Assembly (NCBI RefSeq): GCF_009914755.1
Contig: NC_060927.1
Strand: one strand, 5' to 3'
Length of the DNA stretch: 64,000 nucleotides
Source of the DNA: the human T2T-CHM13v2.0 reference genome, Homo sapiens
Every line of letters starts with the position of its first letter. Within the stretch, counting starts at the first letter, position 1. Below, in pieces: positions 35,890 through 59,299 of this stretch. Under the pieces are notes generated by a model. It ran no database searches, had not been told where the DNA came from, and worked only from the letters and a program-made list of their open reading frames with translations. A program made the translations under genes and the position numbers.

Positions 35890-36285
35890 GTCTTAATTCA
35901 ACTACTCATTGGTAATAACTATTCTGGTGCATGTGTCCTCTGCCCAAAAAACACAAACTCATAACCTGAGTAAAACCCATAGTTGTTCGGCAAGTTAATT
36001 GGCAAGCGACTGCTGTAGGCCAGGTGTACGTGTTCCTCCTGAGTCCTTCTGGTAGAACAAGTGTATGCCACTGACTCAGGGCACCTTCTGTCTGTGGGCA
36101 CCTTTGCTTAAACGTCAACTTTGGTCCATCAACAGAGGAGGTTGATGCCAACAGAGAAGGGTCATACCAACATTGCATAACCCAGGATTTATGTAGTGTG
36201 AACCTTCTATGTTGTTTGCACCCTTCCCTAATTGTGTGTTAACTTACCCCATTTCTTTCCTTTTGCTTTTTGCTGTATGTTTTAA

Positions 36286-36483
<198 letters not shown>

Positions 36484-36787
36484 TAGTAGAAATGGGGTTT
36501 CACCATGTTGGCCAGGCTAGTCTTGAACTCCTGACTTCAAGTGATTCACCCACCTTGGCCCTCCAAAGTGTTGGGATTACAGGCGTGAGCCATCATGCCT
36601 GGACTAAGTTGATTTAATAAACTGTATGTGATTCAAGCATTTTAATTTGGTCTGTAAGACCTTGTGTCCTTTGATCTTTGGGATAGCCTGCCTGATAGTG
36701 TAATTGAAGTTTACCATTGCATCAGGGTAATTTCCCACACAACAAAAGGCCTTAAAATAGGAAAAGCTCAATAATATGTTCCAGAAC

Positions 36788-37121
36788 TGCAGTAGAATAG
36801 CCATTAGCCACATTTGGCTATTTAAATTTATGTTGATTAAAATTAAGAAAAAAATTAAAAATTCATTTGCTCAGGTGCACTAGCCACATTTCAAGTGGTC
36901 AATAATTATGTATGGTTGGTGAACACCAACAGACAACTGAACAGTGCAGAAGAACATTCCTATCATCACATAAAGTTCTATATTTTTAGTAGAGATGGGG
37001 TTTCACTGTATTAGCCAGGATGGTCTCGATCTCCTGACCTCGTGATCCGCCCGCCTCGGCCTTCCAAAGTTCTGGGATTATAGGTGCATCACATAAAGTT
37101 CTATTGGACAATAATGTTCTA
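36788..37121 (-). mobile_element. MER3 (hAT-Charlie) interrupted by a tail-less Alu left arm
   Basis: tagccacatttggctatttaaattt...cactagccacatttcaagtg...aaagttctattggaca. Confidence 0.8.
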
Positions 37122-37271
37122 GAAACTTAGAGGCCAGTGTGGCTAGAAGGTGATACTGAGGACAGTTGGCAAGAGATGGGTTTGGAGAGGAATGCAATGT
37201 CAATGTCATGCAGGGAATTGTGCCCCATGGTAAGAGTTTGAATTTTAGTCTAACATATATAATCTGGTTTA

Positions 37272-39989
<2,718 letters not shown>

Positions 39990-41468
39990 GAGGAGGAGAA
40001 AATAACAATGAAGTGGGAAGACTTTGAGAGGCAATTTCAATAATTCAGATGAGAGACAACGATGGCTTGGACTAGAATGGTGACAAGATGAAGAGAAGCA
40101 TAAAGATTTTCAAATATTATCATTGTTGTAGAAATACAGGCATAGAAAGGAAATCCTCAGCTGATATAGTGATGGGAAATTTGGTTCTTTGTCTCCAATT
40201 CCCCACTCCTTTTTGGGTTTTAACTTTGATTCAATTTACTAAGTATTTACATGCCTGCCTGTAATGTTCAAAGGATGAAACCACCCACATGTAGCTCATC
40301 TTCTTCACTTTCCATATCCACAAAATGTGTAAGTTTTTCCCTTGAACAGCTCTCATTTCTATTCCTTCTGTCTCTTCTCCATTGCTGGTCCCACCGTTGT
40401 ATCTCTTGAGGTTCAAATTAATGCATCAATTCAGAAAGTCAGTCTTCCTAATATCAGGTTCTCACATCCTTAGCCACATCAAACATGTTCTAATTTTCCT
40501 TAATTACCAATCCATTCCCATTGCCATCACATTAAATTCCTTTTCCCCAGTTTCAAGGCTCTCCATAATCTAGTTCCATCCTATCTGGCTTAACTTCCCA
40601 TCCTAGCCTTCCCTGATACTTTTCCTCCTCTCCCCGGGGCTCCACTGACCCAGTGTGATCCTTCTTACCCCAGGGCTTTAGTCATTCACTTTTATTCTTA
40701 TTTTTTAGTAGAGATGAGATCTCGCTTTGTTGCCCAGGCTGGTCTCAAACTTCTGGGCTCAAGTGATCCTCTTGCCTCGGCCTCCCAAAGTGCGGGATTA
40801 TGGGTTTGATCCACCCTACCTGGCCTCATTTACTTCTTATACTTTTCTCTCTCCTTATCTCTCTGATTCATGCAAGCCCCATTTTATTCATAAAGACTTT
40901 CTTTTCTTTCTTTTTTACTTTTTTGTGTTAGGGTCTCACTCCATCACCCAGGCTGGAGTGCAGTCATGACTCATGCAGCCTCGACCTCCTGGGCTTAAGT
41001 GATCCTCCTGCCTCAGCCTCCCAAGTAGCTGGAACCATAGCCATGTGCCATCACACCCATCTAAATTAATTTTTTTTTTGTAGAGATGGGGGTCTCCCTA
41101 TGTTGCCCAGGGTGGTCTCAAATTCCTGGGCTCAAGCAATCCTCCTGCCTCGGCCTCCCAAAGTGCTGGGATTACAGGCACAAGCCCCCATGCCCAGCTT
41201 CCATCTTTACTTTGAGTTTCCTAAATCAAATTAAATTTGGCATTGGCTTCATCTGCCTGTCTCAGGTAATGACCAATATTCTCGTGTCCCTCCCTCCTTG
41301 AAGTATACATAAATCCTGGAAATTATGGACTCCATGAAAATTGAATGAAGAAGCATGGCCTCTGGTTTATCATTTTATGGCTTGGAGATATTCACTGGCC
41401 TCATTTTCTGTTTGAATATAAGCAGCTCTTTTGAGGGCATCTACTTCCTTTAGATCACTGGGACTTTA

Positions 41469-41924
<456 letters not shown>

Positions 41925-42326
41925 TTAGCTTCTTTTATATGGGTAAGATTTTTCTTTCAAGTTAAATTGTTTTGTAATTTATGCTTTTGTATGCCTTACT
42001 GTGCTGAACATGGTAAATCCAATAAATACTTGTCGATAGGCACAAAGAAGAGAATGCACAGTTTCTGCTTAAGGGAATTTACAACTGGCCAAGGAAATAC
42101 AACCAAGAAGGGGAGGCTCAGATATGACCACAAATTAAGGAATTGTAAGATAACTAAAATGAGAATTTAAAAGGAAAGAAGTATTATAGAGGATCTAAAA
42201 AGACAAGATTGGCCGGGCGCAGTGGCTCAAACCTGTAATCCCAGAACTTTGGGAGGCCAAGGCGGGCGGATCACGAGGTCAAGAGATTGAGACCATCCTG
42301 GCCAACATGGTGAAACCCTGCCTCTA

Positions 42327-42515
<189 letters not shown>

Positions 42516-43357
42516 TTATATCTTGCTGGGGTTTCAGAAAGGATACATGGAGAGGGACACATTATAGAATGCTTTTGAAGCCTTGAGCCTCTTTGAGAGA
42601 GAAAAGAAGATGTGTTTTTTACTTTCTAATTTTTTGAGATAAGTTTTTTTAAGACAAAGTCTCACTCTGTCGCCCAGGCTGGAGTGCAGTGGCGCCATCT
42701 CAGCTCACTGAAACCTCTGCCTCCCAGGTTCAAGCAATTCTCTTGCCTTAGCCTCCAGAGTAGCTGGGATTACAGGCGCCCCCCCAAGTCATGCCTGGCT
42801 AACGTTTTGTATTTTTAGTAGAGATGGTATTTGCCATGTTGGCTGGTCTCGAACTCCTGACCTCAGGTGATCTGTCCACCTCAGCCTCCCAAAGTGCTGG
42901 GATCACAGGCGTGAGCCACTGAACCCAGCTGTACTTTTTAATTTAAAACAACACTCTTGGGGGTGGATGCAGAAATCTGGACGCATTCTATTCTGTCTCC
43001 CTTTTGATCCCTCTTCATTAAGATTAGAACTTCATTCAAATTTAATTTGCAAGATATGTCATTTTATTACTTTAACATTTAATATCTATTAATGTGGCTT
43101 CAAACAGTGTAATTTAATTTCTTAACTAATAGCTACATGAGAAGCTTTCAGCCATTCTCCTCGACTTTTGTGTCAGCAGTGGAAGTCCTTGATGTAGTCA
43201 CTAGTAATAAAAAGGCTGGGCTGGGAGCGGTAGCTCACGGCTGTAATCCCAGCACTTTGGGAGGCTGAGGGGGTGCGAATCACCTGAGGACAAGAGTTCA
43301 AGATCAGCCTGACCAACATGGTGAAACCCCGTCTCTACTAAATATACAAAAAAGTTA

Positions 43358-43732
<375 letters not shown>

Positions 43733-44475
43733 TCAGCACTTGTCACTGCCCCATCCTCACCTCCCAGGCCCAGAAGAATGGTATAATAAGGTCAAATTTA
43801 GCTATATAATATCACAAACTAACAAATAATACATCTGCCATTCCCCCTCCCCCTTCCCAGGTACCTTTCCAATAGGATTGACGACAAAACTGGCTGGCCT
43901 GATACAAGATACAGATGAAGGAGAACATGATGATGTAAAAAAAAGCATTAAACACAAGAAAAACATTATCTTTCATTTCATAATAAAATACTAAAAAGCA
44001 GAGAGATAAATGTTTTATTGTTAGATAGGAATTTGTATGAATATTAGTGACTGATAACTAACAAAAAATGAAATTCTAGAATCCTGTTTGCATATATTTG
44101 AAAAAGAGATGCGAGAACCACATTTGTGTGGGATCTTTCACAAGAAGCACTAACAATACGGTCATAGTTAAATTACTGTATTTCAAACAGCAGAATGCAG
44201 GTCAGGATGAGGGAGCAGGGTTAGAGCTGGAAAGAAAATTCAGTACTGAGGACAGGTAGGTAATAAGGTCAGGGACTGCATTTGTTTCTGCAGCCAGAAT
44301 TTTTCTGATGATTCTTTGATGGCTGATATATATCAGATGTTAGTTTAAAAAGTGGTTTGCAGGGCCCTTCAAAAGAGTCATATTCAGCAGATGTAAGGTG
44401 GGTCTAGGAATCCGCACTCTTTTAATACACCCTCTAAGTTATTCGAATGCAAGTGATCTAGAGATTGTACCTTGA

Positions 44476-44772
<297 letters not shown>

Positions 44773-44969
44773 TAAAGTGCTGGGATTACAGGTATGAGCC
44801 ACCATGCTCAGCCCAAATTTTCTATCCAAAAAGTAGAGTGTAGAAAACTTTCTAGTTGGAGAGAGTGGCTAAGGAACTTGTTCAGAAAGTTTATTTAGAA
44901 TATTAGAGGTGCTAAGGGGCTCTTGAGGGAGACTGGAGGAGCCATGGGTTAAGAGATGCTTAAGAGGAG

Positions 44970-45440
44970 TGCTTCTTAAACCTCAAGTGCACACACATCA
45001 CCAGGGATCTTGTTAAATGCATTTGCTAATTCAGTGGGACTGAGTGGGTCCTGAGAATTATGTATTTTTAACAAGCTCCCAAGTGATGATAATGCAGCTG
45101 GTCCTGGCCAGGCATGATGGCTCACACCTGTAATCCCAGCACTTTGGGAGGCTGAGGCAGGTGGATCACCTGAGGTTAGGAGTTCATGACCAGCCTGACC
45201 AATATGGTGAAACCCCATACCTACTAAAAATACAAAAATTAGCTGGGTGTGGTGGTGTGTGCCTGTAATCTCAGCTACTTGGGAGGCTGAGACAGGAGAA
45301 TTGCTTGAATCTGGGAGGCGGAGGTTGCAGTGAGCCAAGATCATGCCACTGCACAGCCAAAATGACTAAATGACAGAGTGAGACTCCAACTCAAAAAAAA
45401 AAAAAGGTAATGCAGCTGATCCCAGGACCACACTTTAAAT
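44970..45440. mobile_element. MER5A with an Alu insertion (further MER5 fragments at ~4375-4450 and ~44330-44480)
   Basis: gtgcttcttaaac...gatcttgttaaatgc...ttttaacaagctcccaagtgatg...ggaccacacttt. Confidence 0.65.
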
Positions 45441-45784
45441 AGCAAGACTTTATACTGAAAATGGGGTATATAATGGAGAGAGATATGTTTAGACATTGTA
45501 TATGAAATGGAAAACCAAAGCATAAAACACCATCAAGTTTTGAAATAAACTTAATCCAAAAGTTAAGCAAACGTGAATCTTGAAAGAGGAAATAACTGAA
45601 TTAGAACCCCAGGCAGTGCAGATTGTCTAAAAGTGAATCACAAGGCTCTGACTCTCAGGTTTTCCCAGGCTCCACCCGCCCCCACGGAGCATGTTTGTTG
45701 CTTACATGAAAAGAAGGGTTATAGATAAGGTCATAGGCAAGGTCCCATCAGCTTCTATTCAAAATAGTCCATCAAAGTTTCTTA

Positions 45785-45934
<150 letters not shown>

Positions 45935-46081
45935 TCAAAAAACAAACAAACAAACAAACAAAAACAAACAAACCCAAAACAAAAACAAACATTTCTTAAA
46001 CTAATTGTTTTCTCTGATTAACAAATCCACTCCCTACAAGCTAGAAAAAGCAACTTTGCAACACAGGATAATCAATTATCA

Positions 46082-46612
<531 letters not shown>

Positions 46613-46859
46613 TCACACATTCTTAATGCAGTTCACACCCACCTACAGGGTACTTCCTACTTCTAGGCTTCTGCTCCAGTCAGTCTCTTTGCTGGAATGC
46701 CCTTTTAAAAAATATATTCTTCAAAGCCTAGCTTAAACATAATAATAATCATATGCAATAGTAATCTGTATTTACATAGTCCTTACTATTTGCTAGGCAC
46801 TACATTATCTCAATGAATCCTCACCCCAACTCTGAAAGACAGGGATTATCATTTTCCAT

Positions 46860-47900
<1,041 letters not shown>

Positions 47901-48366
47901 GAATTTGAGGTTTAAGGAGGTTACATAACACCCCCAAAGTCAACTGTCTAGTTCTCTGTTACAGGTTTATCTGGAAAGATTGAGCAGCAGTTCCCCTTCT
48001 CCCCATCTCCTAAGAAACTAGCCTGGGCTAGAGTTTTACCTTTCCCTTGACCTAAAGAATTAATAGGCCTTTGTTTTCCAAGAACTTTTTGCTAACGTAA
48101 AGAAAGGATGAATCGCACTGAGTCTGGGGAAGGGTTGTGGGATTTTTTTTTTTTTTTTTTTTGAGATGGAGTCTTACTCTGTCACCCAGGCTGGGGTGCA
48201 GTGGCGCAATCACGACTAACTGCAACTTCCGCCTCCCAGGTTCAAGCAATTCTCCTGCTCCAGGTTCCCGAGTCGCTGGGATTAGAGGCGCACACCACCA
48301 TGCCCAGCTAATTTTTTGTATCTTTAGTAGAGATGGGGTTTCACCATATTGGCCAGGCTGGTCTCA

Positions 48367-48483
<117 letters not shown>

Positions 48484-50508
48484 TCACTCTGTCACTCAAG
48501 CTGGCATGCAGCAGCGCAAACTCGGCTCACTACAACCTCCGCCCTACCAGGTTCAAGCCATTCTCGTGCCTCAGCCTCCAAAGTAGTTGGGATTACAGGT
48601 GTGCACCACCACGCCTGGCTAATTTTTTGTATTTTTAGTAGAGACCGGGTTTTGCCATGTTGGCCAGGCTGGTCTCAAACTCCTGACCTCAGGTGATCCA
48701 CCCGCCTTGACTTCCCAAAATGCTGGGATTACAGGCATGAGCCACCACTCCCAGCCTGGGATTTTTAGGATTTCCAAATGCCTTCTTCTCCTGAAGTTTG
48801 CAACAGAAGACAGGACTCAAGCAGGGATGGCTGCAGGATGCCTGGGAGACAGGTCACTAAGCACTGAGACCCTGGAAGGAGCAGTAAGAGTGCTGGTGAC
48901 AGCTTTCTGGTCAGATGAAGGTAAATCAACAGCATCACCCCGTTTCAGTGACCCAGGACCACTCGACCACCCAAACTCTAGAGGTCTTGTATACTTCACT
49001 GCAGTACAGAAAGAAATCCCAGAAATAATTCTTATCCATCTTCAGAGTGTGGGCTCTAAGCCGTATTTTATTTGAATAAATAAATTAAAAGAAGAAAAGA
49101 AATGGGACAGGGATGTTCACCATGTCTATTTATATAGAGTGTGATACTATGCATCCGTTTAGAAAGCTAGAATAGATTTATATTTATAGATGTGGAAAGA
49201 TGTCCACAATGTGTTGCAAAATTAAAAGATCAGTTTACAGAACAGTATGTAGAATATGAATCTGTGTAAGTCAAATCCTGTGCATACATATGCCTACACA
49301 AATATATGGATGAAGAGACAGCTGGGAGCAAGTTCACAAAGTGCTAACAACACTTATCTGTGGCTAGTGAGGTTTATGTAATTTATTTCCTGCTTTTATG
49401 TATTAACTGAATTTTTAAAAAATAAGTATGCCTCAATTATGTAATCGAAAAAAAGTTTTCTTCTTAGAAAAAAACTACTACCTTGGATTTTGCACTTTTA
49501 CCTTTAATTATGCCATAAAACTGTTTTATCTAAAGATACATTTAAAATATTCATTAGACATTTTGCACCCTAGAAACTTTTTGTTAAGCCTCCATTTTTG
49601 TCAATTAAATGCTGAAAAAGTTAAGTACATTAATCAGTGTCGTTTATGCTTGAATTCTTCCCACTAAGCACTCTGGTAAAAATACTCAGCTCCATTTTAC
49701 TCATTTTTAACATTACTTTTCTTGGGCTTTTGTGATGACAAAAATTAAGTGGTTACTTTTTAAAAACCACAGTTACTTCCACAAATAAAATGACATGAAT
49801 TTCACTGATACTAATTTTTTACTGAGGCACAAATAGTTTTAAAACAACCACAGGAAAAAAAACATGCTGTTCAAAGTCTGGCATTTTAGTACATTTACTG
49901 CAATGATTCTTCTTCCCCACTTGATTGCAAAATTATATGACTTGCATGTTGTTACTTTTTCTTTAATTCTTGAAATACTAATGCTATGGACACTGCACTC
50001 ATCTAAGTGGTATTTCTAAATACATAGTTCCTGGATAAGAAAATCAGCTCAAATCAGGTGAATTGCCTGAATTCGAACTCTTAGAGTGTTGGGTACTAGG
50101 TCATAATTAGGTGTTAGGGATGAAAATCACTCTATTAGTTGAAAAACAATTTCAAAGAAGTAGATGGCTATTGACAATTAAATCAAGAACTGTGCCATGC
50201 CTGTGCAATACTCAATAGAGGAAATTAAGAACTCTGCCACACTTGTTAAATATTTAATAAAAGGAAAGGTTTTGTTCACAAACAGCAGGAAGAGGAAAAA
50301 GGAAAATGAAGGTGGAAGTTCTCAGATAATGAAATGGATACAAATTTACTGGAAAATAGGTGAAGTAAAGAGGAGCAAAATTTAATTAAAAAAAAATTTA
50401 ATTGGTGAATAGAAATGGTAGTTACATCTTAAGAAATTCGAGAAATGCCGGGCAAGGTGGCTCACACCTGTAATCCTACCACTTGGGGAGGCCAAGGTGG
50501 GCGGATCA

Positions 50509-50787
<279 letters not shown>

Positions 50788-50929
50788 CTACATTTAATTA
50801 GTCACCAGCTTCTGGGGCAGGTTGAATCCTCAGCAGAAGTGGAAAATCTTAAAAGGTAGTCTTCAAGGCCAGGCACAGTGGCTCACGCCTGTAATACCAG
50901 CACTTTGGGAGGCCAAGGCGGGCAGATTA

Positions 50930-51232
<303 letters not shown>

Positions 51233-51275
51233 TCATTCTAAAATGTACAATTGATTATGTCAGCTGTTTGCTTTA

Positions 51276-51645
<370 letters not shown>

Positions 51646-51995
51646 TCAGTGGCTCCTCATGGCCTTCAGGATAAAACAACAAACATGGCCGGGCGCGGTG
51701 GCTCATGCCTGTACCCCTGGAACTTTGTGTGGCCAAGGTGGGTGGATCACAAGGTCAGGAGTTGGAGACTGGCCTGGCCAACTTGGTGAAACCCCCTCTC
51801 TACTAAAAATACAAAAATTGGCCGGGTGCAGTGGCTCACGCCTGTAATCCCAGCACTTAGGGAGGTCGAAACTAGTGGATCACGAGGTCAGGAGTTCAAG
51901 ACCAGCCTGGCCAAGATGCTGAAACCCTGTCTCTACTAAAAATACAAAAAAATTAGCCGGGCGAGGTGGTGTGTGCCTGTAATCCCAGCTACTCA

Positions 51996-52130
<135 letters not shown>

Positions 52131-52550
52131 TTAGCTGGGTATGGTGGTGTGCGCCTGTAACCCCAGCTACTTGAGAGGCTGAGGCAGAATTGCTTGAACC
52201 TGGGAGGCAGAAGTTGCTTTGTACTCCGGCCTGGGCAACAGAGCAAGACTGTCTCAAAAAAACAAACAAACAAAAACACATGGGCATGGCATATAAGGTC
52301 CTTTGTTAGCTGACTCCTGTCTGATCTTCTAATCTCTACTTCATTCTTTAAACACACTGCATCCGAGTCATGCTGAACTAATTGCTGTTTTTCAAATAGG
52401 CCATGCCCTCTTACTGTGGTCAAGCTGTTCCTTCAGCCTGAAATGACTTCCTTTTCTCCACCCTAATTCCATACCTGCAAGCCTCTAGTCATCCCTGAAG
52501 ACTCAACTCATGTCCTCTTTTTTTACTGAAGACCTTCCTGGCCTCTTTAG

Positions 52551-52787
<237 letters not shown>

Positions 52788-52855
52788 TGATCCGCCCACC
52801 TCGGCCTCCCAAAGGCAGTTTTATATAGACATTTATTCTGTAGAATCTATAGTAT

Positions 52856-53395
52856 AGTGTTTTAATTATCTATTGCTGCATAACACATTAACCCCAAACT
52901 TAGTGGCTTAACTTAAATATAAACATTTATTATCTGTCACAGTTTCTACAGGTCAGGAATTTGGGAGCCACTTGACTGGGCAGTTCTAGTTAGGGGTTTT
53001 TCGTGGGGTTCAGTCAGACGTTAACCAAGTCTGCAGTCATTTGAAGACTTGAATGGGGCTGGAAGATCCACTTCCAATGGCTTACTCACACAGCTGGTAA
53101 GTCTGTGCACAATACTGGTGGAAGCCGCAGTTCGTCCCCTAGTGGGCCCCTCTACAAAGTTGTTGGAGAGTCCTCATGAGATGATTGCTGGCCTCCCCCA
53201 GAGTAAGCTATCCAAGAGACTAAAGTGGGAGTAGCAAGTCCTTTACAGTCTACCCTTGGAAGTCACCCCCTGTAACCTCAGCCATGCTCTTGTTCACATA
53301 GACTAGCCCTAATTCATTGTGGAAGAAGACAACATAAGGACATTAATACTAGAAAGTGAGAATCATTGAGAGTCATCTTAGAGACTGGCTCTCAT
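52856..53395 (-). mobile_element. MLT1G/H-type MaLR LTR
   Basis: tatctattgctgcataac...ccccaaacttagtggctt...ggtcaggaatttggg...ggggctggaagatccacttcca. Confidence 0.7.
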
Positions 53396-53744
53396 ATACA
53401 GTGACTCAATTATACATCATATCTCACTAGCCAGTGACTACAAAATAAGATTAGACCTATTTTTTTTTTTTTTTTTTTTTGAGACAGAGTCTCACTCTGT
53501 CACCCAGGCTGGAGTACAGTGGCACGAACATGGCTCACTGCAGGCTCAGCTTTCTGGGCACAAGTGATCCTCCCACCTCATCCTCCTGAGTAGCTGGGAC
53601 TACAGGCATGCACCACCAGGCCTGGCTAATTTTTTTATTTTTCATAGACATGAGGTGGTCTCAAACTCCTGGGCTCAAGTGATCCACCTGCCTCTGCCTC
53701 CCAAAGTGCTGGGGTAACAGGTGTGAGCCACTGCTCCCAGCCTT

Positions 53745-55184
<1,440 letters not shown>

Positions 55185-55885
55185 TGATGACTTAAGCCCT
55201 CATGGCACATTTCCTAGAGAAAACAATCTCTTCCTCCTCCCGTATTTCTGATACACCTCTCCTGTTTTCAGGAACAGTTCTTGTTCTATCACAACCTTCT
55301 GGATCTGCCGGAGTGCTGCTCTCTCATCCTAATCAGAATGTAGCTCCAGTGAGCACCGTTCTCCTGCACTGATGACTGTCACCATTGCTTCCACCACTGA
55401 ATTTGGGAAGTATTTGATATTCTTCCAAGAAAGTGAAATAAGCCCAAGAACACAACCGAGGCCAAGCTGTGATTGTTAACAGGTTTTGACTTTTGTTTAC
55501 AGAAAGTGTAATAGACAGGGTAACCTATACTGCTGTTAGCAGTGGCTGCTATGAAAGGTCCACAGTCTAAACTCACTATCAGAATGGCAGAAACGCAGGA
55601 CTTCTGGAAACTCTACCATCATCAGAGGCTGTCCTCTTGTCCTATGCCCTACAAAAGACATAATACAACACAGTCTGTCATCAGTCCAATTCCTGAGGTC
55701 TGGGATTTTCAGTCTTTAACACCACAGGTGGAACTCAACAATCCATGTCATAAAGTGCTGGGCCAAGTGCCCTCCATTTCTTGTTTACAGTTTCTCCTCC
55801 AGCATTGGCTGAAGAAAACAAGCCTGCACACTCTCTCAGCATTCCTCTCCATCCCACTTCCATGACCCTCATAAATAAGTGTCTA

Positions 55886-56056
<171 letters not shown>

Positions 56057-56296
56057 TTATCCGGATGTGGTGGTGTGTGCATGTAATCCCAGCTACTTGG
56101 GAGCCTGAGGCAGGAGAATTGCTTGAACCCAGGAGGTTGCAGTGAGCCGAGATTGCATCACTGCACTCCAGCCTGGGTGACAGAGTGAGACTCTGTTTCA
56201 AAAAAAAAAAAAAAAGATATCCAGTAGTGCACAAGCATAGGACAATCTAGATCCATACTTACGGAGAAACATTTCTTTATAGAAATCAATATATAG

Positions 56297-56724
<428 letters not shown>

Positions 56725-57837
56725 TGACAAAACCCAAGAGGCAGCTTCAGGGTATCTCCCAGGACAAGGGAGGAATCGGTACTAAAAGGAAATTATAGCC
56801 TTTGCTTTTAAATGTAGTGTTTCCAGCTGGTTCACTCATCAAGGTTAAAAAATAAAATCCTGGCTTCAGCCAGCTTGTTTATAATATCACTTGCCGTGAT
56901 TGCTTGTTGGAAAGCATGTCTCAGTTTCATTAGAGAGCCTGGAGGTCAGATAGCAAAAATAGAAGCTGGAAGAGATATTAAAGGAATAAGTTGTGCCTAG
57001 GGATAGAAAATAACATCAAGCAGATTGTTTGTCACGCGGTAACAGTGGGCTGTAGTGAAATGATGAGAGGTTTTGGAGCCAAACAGATGTAGGTCCACAC
57101 GATGATGGGACTCTTCCTGCAAAGTGGGATGACTGGGACTTCACTTCTCTGAGCCTTAGTTTCTTCACATGTAAAATGATGGTAACAATTTTACTTCACA
57201 GAGTTGAGGATTAAATGAGAAAATACATAATCAAGCACTGGCAGAAGGCAGGCTATGCTTCAGGTATAGCACTTGGTGCTGGGAATAAAGGAGTGAAGGG
57301 ATGAAAATGAGTCACTGTCTTCACTGAGATTTCAATCTAGAAGGGAAGGCAGGAATTAAAGAACTACCTAACTTCAATTGTGATGAATGCTATCACGAAG
57401 CCTAGGGTACCATAAAAAGAGACCTGACCTCATTTAGGGTGTCAAGGAATGTGGCTTTGAGGAAGTGATGCAAAAGCTGGGGAGTCTGGGTTAGGGGAGA
57501 GCATGTCATCTTTCAGTTGAGGCATTCTAGGCTCATGGAAGGTGCTCAATAAATGGGAGCTGCTATTATTACTATTTATTCAGTAAACATTTATTGAGTG
57601 CCTACTAAGTATACTGTGCTACCATGCATACTGAGGGTATAATAAATGTGTGAAGTTGAAAAGTAGCTTAACTTCTTTGAGCCTCAATATGTTCAGCTGG
57701 AAAATGGGAATATTAATATTACCTACCCCTTTAGTCTTTCTTTGAAGATTCAATGAGATTATGAATGCAAAATGTTTAACATAGTGCCTGGCATAGGGAG
57801 AACATAATATATATTAGTAATATTTTTATTCACTAAT

Positions 57838-58591
<754 letters not shown>

Positions 58592-59176
58592 TTCACTAGT
58601 TATGTTATATGTACATATGTGCTTTTGCATAGCTTACCTATGTAAACAGGCTGAATCTTTCTTGGGAGCAACTTTCAAAATTCAGTATGTGGAATTTAGT
58701 GTATAAGGATAAAATATGTATACATGCAGTATATCAATAGATGATTGAGACATATTTTTCTCAACATGTTGTTATGAAAATTTTAAAACAAAAATTATAA
58801 GAATTTCTTAGCGAGCACATGTATACAAACCACCTAGATTCTATTATTAACATTTTATTATATTTGCTTTATTTTATATGTATATACATATGTATTTTTC
58901 AAGAGATGGGGTCTCGCTCTGTTGCCCAGGCTGGTCTTGAACTCCTGGGCTCAAGCAGTCCACCTGCCTCAGCCTCCCAAAGCGCTGGGGTTATAGGCAT
59001 GAGCCTCCACACCTGCCTCCCTTATTATATATCTATCCATTTATTAATCAATCTGTCTTATTTTTGGTGCATTTCAAAGTAAATTCCAGATATCAATATC
59101 ACTAACTAAAGCCAAATTTGTTTGATTCTTTCTCCTTTTGATGTAAATTGATATACAGAAGAATGCACAAATCTTA

Positions 59177-59299
<123 letters not shown>

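Noticed and set aside
35906-36178. 90-aa non-Alu ORF on the minus strand
   Set aside because: No recognisable homology, promoter or splice context; the length is within chance expectation.
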